Assembly (NCBI GenBank): GCA_000146465.1
Contig: CP001945.1
DNA length: 64,000 bases
Reading direction: 5' to 3' (one strand)
Part shown: piece by piece, positions 56,122 through 64,000 of the stretch
Layout: the number at the start of each line of letters is the position of its first letter
Position numbering within the stretch: the first letter of the stretch is position 1
Program-made: the position numbers and the translations under genes
Notes under the pieces: model-generated
What the model was told of the DNA's origin: nothing
The model's database searches: none
What the model saw: the letters and a program-made list of their open reading frames with translations, nothing else

Positions 56122-57159
56122 ATGGAGGCCAGGTCATTGTCGACAACAACAGAAAAGCTGGTTGTCTCCAGAGCAATAGATATATATGGAGTAGCAGACG
56201 AGGATTCGGTAACAAAGTACATCACAGCAATGTATGGGTACATCCACCCAAACAGATGGAAGACAATCTACCAGGAGGTGCTTGACACATGTGCAAAACA
56301 TGGATACTCGTCTCCTGTTGATTTCTGTGAGGACCTGAGACTTGATGTTGCAAGGAAGATGTACATGGAGAAGGCATTGCTCTATAACAGGCTTTTGGAG
56401 GGAGAGGAGGTGGAATGGCCTGAACAGCACATGGAACACGACTGGAACATTGGAGACATCGAGAAAATAGATGAGCTTTCCAAAGGGTCTGAGGACATTC
56501 TTGACAAGAGACTCCTGTATCCTACTGTAGACCCGCGAATCATAAAGCAGCATGTGGAGGCCATGAGTAAGTGGCAGAGTAGAGCTGAAGAAAGTCGAAA
56601 TGGAGTAGGCAAGGCCGAGGAAAAGAAAAAAGAGTATGGGATAGAGGACAAAGAAAGAAGAAGATTTTATCATAGAATGTCTAATGAAGAGAAGGAACTT
56701 GACGATTTCTTGGACAGAATAGAAGAAGAACACTACAACATGCCACAAAGTGGTGTTGCCCCAAACAGACTAAGAGAAAAATATCCCATCCTAAAGGCTT
56801 CTCCAATAGGAAGCGGATATCCGGGATTCCGAATGGAAGGATCTGATGTTTCTCTAGAAAACCAGTACAGAGCAGTTGTAAAGAAAATCCTGGGAAAAAC
56901 CATGCATGGGAGTAATGATAGGCAATGGAGACAGGAACTCCGAATTATCGTGCAATATCACATGAGAAGAATAGGAATGGTTAACGAGATTGAAAAGGTG
57001 AATGCATTGATAGACAGTAGCACTATGTCACACACGCTAATGAACATCTTGATGCTTCTCCAGGAGCTGGTCGAAAGGCCAAGAAACCAAGAGCTGGTCC
57101 AGGACTACCTATTTTTCAAAAAGGATATTCTTATGTTTGGTAATTACTACAGAAAATGA
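56122..57159 (+). CDS. Hypothetical 345-aa protein.
   Basis: Intact ORF divergent from PRP8 across a 90-bp spacer. It has a charged, coiled-coil middle region. No recognised motif. Confidence 0.45.
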   Translation: MEARSLSTTTEKLVVSRAIDIYGVADEDSVTKYITAMYGYIHPNRWKTIYQEVLDTCAKHGYSSPVDFCEDLRLDVARKMYMEKALLYNRLLEGEEVEWPEQHMEHDWNIGDIEKIDELSKGSEDILDKRLLYPTVDPRIIKQHVEAMSKWQSRAEESRNGVGKAEEKKKEYGIEDKERRRFYHRMSNEEKELDDFLDRIEEEHYNMPQSGVAPNRLREKYPILKASPIGSGYPGFRMEGSDVSLENQYRAVVKKILGKTMHGSNDRQWRQELRIIVQYHMRRIGMVNEIEKVNALIDSSTMSHTLMNILMLLQELVERPRNQELVQDYLFFKKDILMFGNYYRK

Positions 57160-57233
57160 TCAGCTTTCGTATCCTGGACAGACACTTACCAATTAAAAAT
57201 TCCATTGAAAGCCTAAACTTTATTCGTTGCTTC

Positions 57234-57959
57234 TCATTTGACTATGGTATCCACTATGGCTCTTCTTCGAGCCTCCAAGTCCTGGTCTCCACTGAGGTCA
57301 AACACGCTTTCAATCACAGTCATCTCGACATTGGTCGTTTTCACTCCTGCAACACACATCCAATCATTGATGGCAACCCCTCCCCCAATGCAAGGGCTTC
57401 CTCCATTGACTGTCCCTGCAATCACATTCACCTCGAGAAGCTCACTAAGCTCCTTTTGGCACTCTTGACTCGTGAGGGGATGAACAAGCATTCCTTGGTT
57501 GTTCAATGCACCAAAGGTTCCCACAAGTGGCTCTTGGCCTATATTGTGTCGGTAGACAGGAACCTGTAGAACATCTTTGATAATGTCTTCCGACTCTCCA
57601 TCCAGATCTCCATGTATGATTGCAACATGGTCGTTGCAGAGAACTACATTTCCAAGGGCATTCAGTCTCTCTTCAATCCGCCTCACTACAACATTCTCCG
57701 GCAATGTGTTTCTTATGTGCATAATCTCCTGGTCTGTTATCGTGTGTGGCACAAGTAATCCATGTCTGTTTCCCCTGCATTGCGACCCTACACTTCTAAT
57801 GCTATTGATCGTTGTTTCCACAATCGGGATTGCAACAGTCTCCTGCAGAAACTTGAGTACATTGTTTGACTGACTTCTTCCAACCACACAGTATGTGTTG
57901 GTAAGTGATATGTATGCTCCTATCTCAGAGCTTCCTTCAAAATCTATTCTGTACGACAT
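57234..57959 (-). CDS. TIF6: Eukaryotic translation initiation factor 6 (eIF6).
   Basis: From the internal Met, the sequence [26 protein letters not shown]...[58 protein letters not shown] matches eIF6 (FENSNEIGVFSKLTNTYCLV...[43 protein letters not shown]). An AAAAATT..GGGGCCC motif lies immediately upstream. Confidence 0.9.
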   Translation of the reverse strand: [241 protein letters not shown]

Positions 57960-58021
57960 GGGCCCCTGAGAATTTTTCATTTTCCACTCTCCAGATAACT
58001 TCTTCCAGAGTCTACCTCTTG

Positions 58022-58267
58022 TCAGCTTTCGGCTATACTTTTAATGTTGTTACATCTAATTGTAACCTCCCCAACCATTGCTTCGCTCTCTCCATCCTTC
58101 TCTATGCATTTGTCCAGAAGTATATTGAAGTAGTTGTCCGACGTGACAAGAACCCCTTCATAGACCTGCCCCCACTTTAACGTAACAGAAACATTCTTGT
58201 CTCTTATCCTGTGAAGAAATTGCTTCGGATTCTCCCTGGAAGGCTTTCCGCCATAGGACTCTTCCAT
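58022..58267 (-). CDS. Sm-fold protein, SmF/LSm6-like.
   Basis: The sequence PKQFLHRIRDKNVSVTLKWGQVYEGVLVTSDNYFNILLDKCIE...MVGEVTIRCNNI matches SmF ([43 protein letters not shown]...LGEVLIRCNNV). Confidence 0.75.
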   Translation of the reverse strand: MEESYGGKPSRENPKQFLHRIRDKNVSVTLKWGQVYEGVLVTSDNYFNILLDKCIEKDGESEAMVGEVTIRCNNIKSIAES

Positions 58268-58365
58268 CTTGTAGGGTCCTCAGGGATTTGAATAAACATC
58301 GTACTAGATCCTTACAAAACTCATTTATTAGACAACTTTTCCACAGAGAGTTTAATCAGGAAACA

Positions 58366-58935
58366 TTAGATTCGAGATCCTTTCTTCGGAGCAAACATGG
58401 CTTTGGTTGTATGCAACTTGGCAAGTCCTATGATGACATACATAATCGGAATTGCAAACATAATGTATAGACCATTCCGAATTCTTTTTGCCTCTGCAAT
58501 ATTGTTTTCTTGGATTGTTTTCAGACGTGTATTCGTCCTGTACAAAGACATGAGTTTGGCCTCCAAATCAAGAAACAAATTCTTAATTGCCAGGTTGTCA
58601 TTGTCAACATCTCCAGACGACATGACATCTGTGTATATGCTTATAGAAGCCTTCTCAAACCCATCATTGAAGACTTCAATTCGATAGGCCCCAGGAGTTG
58701 TGTACTTGGCATTAACACTCTCTATAAGCTCTTCCTTGAACTCACTGTCATCGTCAACCTCTCCAGGCTTGATTATCTTGTAGTACACAAGCGCGTCGGA
58801 ATATTGGTTCAACTGGATTGTAAGTTCCACATCCTTGCTATCAAGAATTGCCCAGTACACCTCCTTGTCTCCAGGCCTTAGGATCTTCTGGATCCTAGAA
58901 CACATTGCAAAAGAAACAATCCAGAAGAATAGCAT
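58366..58935 (-). CDS. p24/emp24/gp25L-family cargo receptor (GOLD domain).
   Basis: The architecture is signal peptide, then a GOLD-like beta domain, a coiled coil, and a single transmembrane helix (GLYIMFAIPIMYVIIGLAKLHTTKAMF) with a short basic cytosolic tail. Confidence 0.7.
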   Translation of the reverse strand: MLFFWIVSFAMCSRIQKILRPGDKEVYWAILDSKDVELTIQLNQYSDALVYYKIIKPGEVDDDSEFKEELIESVNAKYTTPGAYRIEVFNDGFEKASISIYTDVMSSGDVDNDNLAIKNLFLDLEAKLMSLYRTNTRLKTIQENNIAEAKRIRNGLYIMFAIPIMYVIIGLAKLHTTKAMFAPKKGSRI

Positions 58936-58997
58936 GGGTTAGGTCTTCTCTTTGCTTTTTCAAACCAAGCCTCTAGTTGGCTAAAACAAAACACCCC

Positions 58998-59552
58998 ATG
59001 GGATCAGGTGCCAGCACAATCCCAGGCGATACAGAAGAAGATGCCAGACAATTCTCCCACTTCCCCTCAAAAGATATCCAGGAATGGTCTTCCTCGTTCA
59101 GATCAGAATATCCTGGCGGGCTTATGACACCGAAGGATTTGGAGGAAATCTTCAGGAGTTTTTTCCCCTTTGGATCTCCCACAAACTTCTCTAGGAGGCT
59201 TTTCGAAACAATCAACATAGGCCAGACCACAGCCATCGATTTTCACGAACTTCTGATTGCATACAGTATACTGATAAAGGGAAGCGACCATGAAAAACTA
59301 CGGTGGATATTTAGGTTTTATGACAAGGACAATGATGGTCTTGTATCTAAGGAAGAAATGGTCGAGGTTGTCCAGTATCTAGCAGATATGACATCGCACA
59401 CCCTCGATGTCTCCATAGATTCAGAAGGAATAGTAGAGGAGATATTCACTTCTGTTGGAGGTTCCAAGAGCTTCCTTACCTTCGAGGACTTCAAGGCACT
59501 TTCAACAAAGAATGAAAAGCTATTTAAGATGCTAACCCCATTCTCCGAATAA
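58998..59552 (+). CDS. N-myristoylated EF-hand calcium sensor of the NCS-1/frequenin/recoverin family.
   Basis: From the Met, MGSGAST forms an N-myristoylation consensus (MG...S). The sequences EWSSSFRSEYPGGLMTPKDLEEIFRSFFPFGSPTNFSRRLFETINIGQTTAIDFHELLIAYS and EKLRWIFRFYDKDNDGLVSKEEMVEVV align with NCS-1 ([62 protein letters not shown]...[27 protein letters not shown]). Confidence 0.8.
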   Translation: MGSGASTIPGDTEEDARQFSHFPSKDIQEWSSSFRSEYPGGLMTPKDLEEIFRSFFPFGSPTNFSRRLFETINIGQTTAIDFHELLIAYSILIKGSDHEKLRWIFRFYDKDNDGLVSKEEMVEVVQYLADMTSHTLDVSIDSEGIVEEIFTSVGGSKSFLTFEDFKALSTKNEKLFKMLTPFSE

Positions 59553-59617
59553 CAGAGAAATAAGACCACCAATCCATTACTAAATATATTATACCAATGC
59601 AATGTGCTTTAATGTAA

Positions 59618-60856
59618 TTATTTCAGTTTGATCTTCTTGGAGTCCTTTGAGTCGTCATAGAAGTCCGGCTTCACCTCGTACTTAAGTTTTTTCACCGGCT
59701 TCTTCTCCGATCTGCTTCTGGCCTCCAAGTCCTTAATTCTTCTCTTGATCGCCTCCTGCATCCTTATGCCAGCCTCGTTCGTTACCTTCTCCCCATAGGA
59801 ATCGATTCTGGCTGCTATTGCAATCTTAGACGCCAAGCTCCTAGCTATCTTTCCTTTATGTTGAGAATCCACTTGTCCTAGGAGAGAACATCCGTAGATC
59901 ATACCATACTTCGGAGTATTTGTCTTTGACTTCAATGCTTGGAACAAGGCTTTCTCTGCCCCCATGATCTGGATCGATGACCCAGGCATCTTAGCAAGAT
60001 TTGAAAGAGACCCTGCTTTGCTTATCATCTTTGCTCCTATCACTTCCCCAATCAGAGACGTTATGTTTGGGGCAAGATCCTCCATCTTCACCCGTATGTA
60101 TTCCACAAGCTCATCTCGGAATTCAAAGCTCTTTAATACGCTTTTTGCATCCTCCAATATATTCAGAACATCCGATGAGTCCATTGCAATCCCCATGCTT
60201 GTCTTTGCAAGACTTACAATCCTTTCCCACTCATCTTTGGCTATTTCCTTGAGCTCTTCCTTCTTCTCCTCAATACTCTCCTTTCTCCCAATCGCCACAA
60301 CAAGTCTTAAATATTTCCTGTTATTGTCTGTCACAGAAGACAGTTCGGGGAAGTGGAACCCATACCATTCCTTGAGTCTCATGCAATGGAGGTTGATGTC
60401 TCTGTCCATATCCTCCAGAAGTGAGACAGACTGAATCACCATGGTGTCAATCTTCTCGGGCACAATCTTAACCTTTTCCATTGATATCTTGTGTGCTATG
60501 CACAGGATCCTTTCCGAATATTCCCTCCCACTCATCCCAAAATACTTGTGGACATTGGATCTTATCAGCCTCTGGACATCATCATTCAAGTATACAACCT
60601 TTCTCAAAAACTTCTTCGATAAAGGCTCCACCAGTTTCTGGTCATCCACAGCCAAGACCTCTTTGTCCTTAACCTCTGCAAGCTTCATAAACCTCTCCAG
60701 ATTGCTCGGAACTTCCCCCTTGATCAGCAGTCCAGAAGACTCTAGTGCTTCGTCAATACTCTCAAATTTGTACGTCTCGACAAGTCGTGGCTCTTCAGAC
60801 AGATCTGTCTTGTCGAAAAGTCCATACCCAACAACAGTCTCCACCAAGTAAATCAT
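59618..60856 (-). CDS. Box C/D snoRNP protein of the Nop56/Nop58 (Nop5) family.
   Basis: The sequences MIYLVETVVGYGLFD, KIDTMVIQSVSLLEDMDRDINLHCMRLKEWYGFHFPEL and AGSLSNLAKMPGSSIQIMGAEKALFQALKSKTNTPKYGMIYGCSLLGQ...GKIARSLASKIAIAARID carry the diagnostic Nop-domain motifs. A C-terminal lysine-rich tail follows. Whether this is Nop56 or Nop58 is not resolved. Confidence 0.85.
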   Translation of the reverse strand: MIYLVETVVGYGLFDKTDLSEEPRLVETYKFESIDEALESSGLLIKGEVPSNLERFMKLAEVKDKEVLAVDDQKLVEPLSKKFLRKVVYLNDDVQRLIRSNVHKYFGMSGREYSERILCIAHKISMEKVKIVPEKIDTMVIQSVSLLEDMDRDINLHCMRLKEWYGFHFPELSSVTDNNRKYLRLVVAIGRKESIEEKKEELKEIAKDEWERIVSLAKTSMGIAMDSSDVLNILEDAKSVLKSFEFRDELVEYIRVKMEDLAPNITSLIGEVIGAKMISKAGSLSNLAKMPGSSIQIMGAEKALFQALKSKTNTPKYGMIYGCSLLGQVDSQHKGKIARSLASKIAIAARIDSYGEKVTNEAGIRMQEAIKRRIKDLEARSRSEKKPVKKLKYEVKPDFYDDSKDSKKIKLK

Positions 60857-60904
60857 TTCAAACGGTCGAAAAAAATAGAAAAAATAGAAATCCATTTCCA
60901 GATC

Positions 60905-61762
60905 TTAAAAAGATTTGTCCATGTCACAGGCTCTGCTATCTGCCTTGATGTCCTCAGGTGGCATGTCTATCTTCTCCATAGAGATGTTTTCCTTCCTAAT
61001 CTTCACTCCGTACTTCAAGCTTCCAAGAGTGTTGACTCGGAGACTTCCGTACCCTCCTATCTTCCTAAGCTCCAGAACCCCATTGTAGTTTGGACAGAAG
61101 CAGCTGAACATGTTCGAGTCAAACATCCCAACCGTATCAAAATACAGGCTTAAGCTTGTGTTTGCCATGAAGAACCCAGGAATCGAAACCATGCATACAT
61201 GGCCATTAGCCCTTACAGCTCTCTTGAGCTCAAAGAGAAACTTTGCCATCTCCTCTTCACCCAGTCCAGAAAGTTTCCAAACAGGAGATCCCAACGAGAA
61301 TATGGCTATCCTCAATTCCTTTTCCTTTCTTGCTATGTCCAGAATGCTTTTCAACGTTGCATCCTCTCCAGAAAGCAAGATTCCTTCGAATCTCCTTTTT
61401 TTCGAGAGGTTGAACTTGAACAAAGGTCTTGCTAGAGATAGCTTGGTGTATCTCCATGCAATTACCATTTTGTCTTCATCCTCCTTCTCGGTAAATGATC
61501 CAGTACCGTATATCTCCACATTCCGGCCTTCCTTCATAACTGCCATCATGTTCTCTTGGTTGGAAGCTCCTTCTGAAAGAAAAACCTTCAGTATTGTCGA
61601 ATGAATCTGAGAATTTTCATCCTCAAGCAAGAGAATGGATGTTCCTCTTGTAAAGCACTCTCCTAGTACTGTGTCAAACCCGGATATTCCTGTAGATAGA
61701 TGTTCTATTCTCTTATATCCTGTGCTTTTTACAAATGACTCCATGCAGGGGCATATTGTCAT
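60905..61762 (-). CDS. ELP4: Elongator complex subunit Elp4 (RecA/KaiC-like, PAXNEB family).
   Basis: The sequences TGISGFDTVLGECFTRGTSILLLED, KMVIAWRYTKL and RIAIFSLGSPVWK correspond to Elp4 ([26 protein letters not shown] ... KMKIAWRYQLL ... RIGIQNLGSPLWG). Confidence 0.6.
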   Translation of the reverse strand: MTICPCMESFVKSTGYKRIEHLSTGISGFDTVLGECFTRGTSILLLEDENSQIHSTILKVFLSEGASNQENMMAVMKEGRNVEIYGTGSFTEKEDEDKMVIAWRYTKLSLARPLFKFNLSKKRRFEGILLSGEDATLKSILDIARKEKELRIAIFSLGSPVWKLSGLGEEEMAKFLFELKRAVRANGHVCMVSIPGFFMANTSLSLYFDTVGMFDSNMFSCFCPNYNGVLELRKIGGYGSLRVNTLGSLKYGVKIRKENISMEKIDMPPEDIKADSRACDMDKSF

Positions 61763-61825
61763 ACTAATCCAACACCCAGGCCTATTGCTTCTGGCTTGTA
61801 TTTCCAGATATATCTTCAATCCTTC

Positions 61826-63250
61826 ATGTGCGGAATACTTCTCTCAGAAGAAGAAAACACTGCATACGAGAGGGTGGCCTCTCTTATAAGAAACAGAGGA
61901 GGAGACTATTACAACAAGGTCTATATCGATGGTATGGTGGCAATCGCCTCGGTTCTTTCGATAAGGGATTCTGTTTGCCAGCCTGTGGAAGGAAACGGGT
62001 ATCTGTTTCTTTACAACGGTGAAATCTATAACAATGAAAGAAGCGACACACTGTCTATCAAAAATATAATAGATAAGGTCTTGTGCGAGAGTGGGAAAGC
62101 AGTTTTGGATGGTAGATGTATAGTAGATAAGATTTATGCAGAAATCAACAGACATGAAAACGAAATGGCAATGATATTGATGATTGGAAGCCATGTGTAC
62201 TTCTTTAAGGACGACATAGGGAGAAGGAGCTTGGGATACACACTGGATCCGTTCTGTGTCTCATCCGTGGAGTATGATGAGGAGATCAACCCCATGGCTA
62301 TATACTCCTACGACAGGTCTACAAGAAAGCTGAGCGAATGGCTAAAAGACAGCCAAATTGTTAAAAGGTACATGACAATGGGAGATGCAATATTAAAGCG
62401 TCTCAGCAACGAGAAGTACTCGAAGAAGTATCGATACTTAGCAAAGCATCTGTCCTTGCAGAATGTAGGAAATCATGAGGCAAAGCTTGAGGATGTCGAT
62501 AGTGCAGTTGAAGAGTTTAACAAGATCTTCAGAAGGTCTATAGAAAGAAGAATTAGTGGTGGAAACATCTGTGTATTCTTTAGTGGGGGAGTGGACTCGA
62601 TGCTTGTGGCTGTTTTCCTCCACTATGCAGCAGATCTTCGCCAGAAGATTTATTTGATAAACACATCGTTTGGGAAATCATGGGACAGAGAGGCTGGGAA
62701 GAAAGGGTTTGAAAGCCTTTGCACAATGTTCAAGGAAAGGTCTTTTGTCTTTGTTGCCAACAACATCGGAGTAGAGGAGGTTAGGGCTGCAAAAGAACAT
62801 ATCTACAGACTGATCCATCCAAAAGACGGACGCATGGATTTCAACATAGGAGCAACATTGTTTTTCTCAGCAAAAGAGTCGAGAAAGTACAGTAGGATTG
62901 CATATTTGGGATCAGGGGCAGATGAAATGTTTGGAGGATACCACAGGTACAGGGGAGAAGGCTTTAGAGAGGAGATGCTCTTTGATCTTTTCACAATCTC
63001 GCACCACAACCTCTGTAGAGATGACAGGGCTGTTTCTGACTGCCAGGTTGAGTGTAGGTTCCCATTTCTGGACTCGGAGTTGGTGGGATATTCCCTGAAG
63101 ATAGGGAATAATGTAGTTGCAATGGATGGAGAAAAGAAGTTTATCTTGAGAGAGACCTTGAGAAGAAACGGACTTGAATGTGTGTCTGGAGTTCCGAAGA
63201 AGGCAATGCAATATGGGAGTGGAATCTTCAAGATGGAAGGGAAGATATAG
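61826..63250 (+). CDS. Asparagine synthetase (glutamine-hydrolysing) family protein, possibly ASNSD1-like.
   Basis: The N-terminal Ntn class-II amidotransferase start is MCGILL, Cys2 being the nucleophile after Met removal. The PP-loop ATP pyrophosphatase motif is SGGVDSMLVAVF. Start is taken at the MCGI Met; the ORF track begins 30 nt upstream. Confidence 0.7.
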   Translation: MCGILLSEEENTAYERVASLIRNRGGDYYNKVYIDGMVAIASVLSIRDSVCQPVEGNGYLFLYNGEIYNNERSDTLSIKNIIDKVLCESGKAVLDGRCIVDKIYAEINRHENEMAMILMIGSHVYFFKDDIGRRSLGYTLDPFCVSSVEYDEEINPMAIYSYDRSTRKLSEWLKDSQIVKRYMTMGDAILKRLSNEKYSKKYRYLAKHLSLQNVGNHEAKLEDVDSAVEEFNKIFRRSIERRISGGNICVFFSGGVDSMLVAVFLHYAADLRQKIYLINTSFGKSWDREAGKKGFESLCTMFKERSFVFVANNIGVEEVRAAKEHIYRLIHPKDGRMDFNIGATLFFSAKESRKYSRIAYLGSGADEMFGGYHRYRGEGFREEMLFDLFTISHHNLCRDDRAVSDCQVECRFPFLDSELVGYSLKIGNNVVAMDGEKKFILRETLRRNGLECVSGVPKKAMQYGSGIFKMEGKI

Positions 63251-63285
63251 AACTTAAGAGAACATCACTTTTATTCAAAGCCAAC

Positions 63286-64000
63286 TTAGCAGGCATTTCT
63301 TGATATTAGCCTTGTCCCTCTGTCAAGCTTGAACCCGCTGTTCTTGAACAGGCCGCAAGAGTAGAAGCTGGATGGAATTGAAAACCCAAAGGAGGAAATT
63401 CTCCTTTCGAACTCATCTAAAGACACAGATTGGGAATGGAAGGCCTTCATCTTCTCATTAAACATCTCTTTCAGAAGGAAAATCAAAACATCTGTGTTGC
63501 TTCTGTTGAAGTACTTTATAAACTTCTTCCTCAGGCTCTTCGACATAGAGTATTTCTGAGCTCCCATGAAAGAGTCGAGGACAACAGAAATGGCTTCGTC
63601 AATATCCTCGGCAGAGACTGCTGTACTCAGTCTCATCTTTGCAAATGCTTCGCTGATCCGGACAATACTCTCAACATGTCTGACAGTCACTGGAAGCCCA
63701 GAAGGCAAGCTCTCCTTACGGAGCTCCAGATACAAGCTTGAGATTTTCTCGATATCAACATCATTGAAGACAGGCACCACATTGGTCCTTGCGTACAGTA
63801 TGTATTTCTTTAGCAAATCCTGGCCCATCATCATCTTTTTGGAATCAAACCCATCGGTCTTCTCTCCTCCTCCATGAGACTCTATGATAAACCTTGCAGT
63901 CTTCTCGTCCTCTCCAGAGTCGATATTATCTTTTGTAACACAGAGAATATCAAACCTCGATATTATAGGGTCGCTCAGATTTACATTCTGCGAGAACGTC
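63286..64000 (-). CDS. MCM2: MCM2 replicative helicase subunit, C-terminal portion. The gene continues past the window end and only its 3' part lies in the window.
   Basis: The minus-strand frame is open to position 64000 and reads [42 protein letters not shown]...[17 protein letters not shown]...[24 protein letters not shown]...[21 protein letters not shown]. This matches MCM2 ([24 protein letters not shown]...LARFVVGSH...VLKKYIIYAKERVHPKL...[23 protein letters not shown]...[21 protein letters not shown]). Confidence 0.8.
   Translation of the reverse strand, partial: [237 protein letters not shown]

Noticed and set aside
1-64000. Checked for rRNA genes, CRISPR arrays, transposons or LTRs, telomeric repeats and large tandem repeats.
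   Set aside because: None were seen. No repeat-spacer arrays are present, which is expected for a eukaryote. There are no transposase, integrase or reverse-transcriptase ORFs. There are no long direct or inverted repeats and no rRNA-like conserved blocks. The only repeat-like sequence is short homopolymer or K/E-codon low complexity inside genes.

Overview
The window reads as a gene-dense stretch of a highly reduced eukaryotic nuclear genome, most like a microsporidian of the Encephalitozoon type; it is not prokaryotic. About 55 protein-coding genes lie on both strands with intergenic spacers of roughly 5-250 bp, and several convergent gene pairs overlap in their coding ends. Orthologues are uniformly shortened, for example PRP8 at 1992 aa and VPS13 at 2373 aa. 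Core eukaryotic housekeeping genes are recognisable: DNA topoisomerase II, MCM2, PRP8, SmF, Nop56/58, Dim1, KRR1, Utp23, eIF6, LysRS, SerRS, RPSA, RPS11, RPL22, Rpn8, a Ubc7-like E2, a HECT E3, Rab11, a p24 cargo receptor, the PP2A catalytic subunit, Cdc25, Elp4, Pcc1, Trm5 and PTH2. There is one intron-containing tRNA-Ile(UAU) and no rRNA, CRISPR array or recognisable mobile element. The most notable features are listed below.
- A canonical 23-nt spliceosomal micro-intron (GTAAGT...TTTTAG) splits a PTRHD1-like peptidyl-tRNA hydrolase gene.
- Five HSF-type winged-helix genes occur in the window, four of them in an inverted tandem cluster spanning about 4 kb.
- Ribosomal-protein and translation genes share an AAAATTT plus CCC motif immediately upstream of the start codon.
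- A contiguous block of membrane, lipid and trafficking genes (class-3 lipase, dolichol kinase-like, Rab11, VPS13) includes a 35-nt convergent overlap of coding sequence.
- Several orphan proteins have no recognisable homology.
All calls rest on reading motifs in the supplied translations and sequence. No database search was run, so product names are homology inferences that BLAST or HMMER should confirm.
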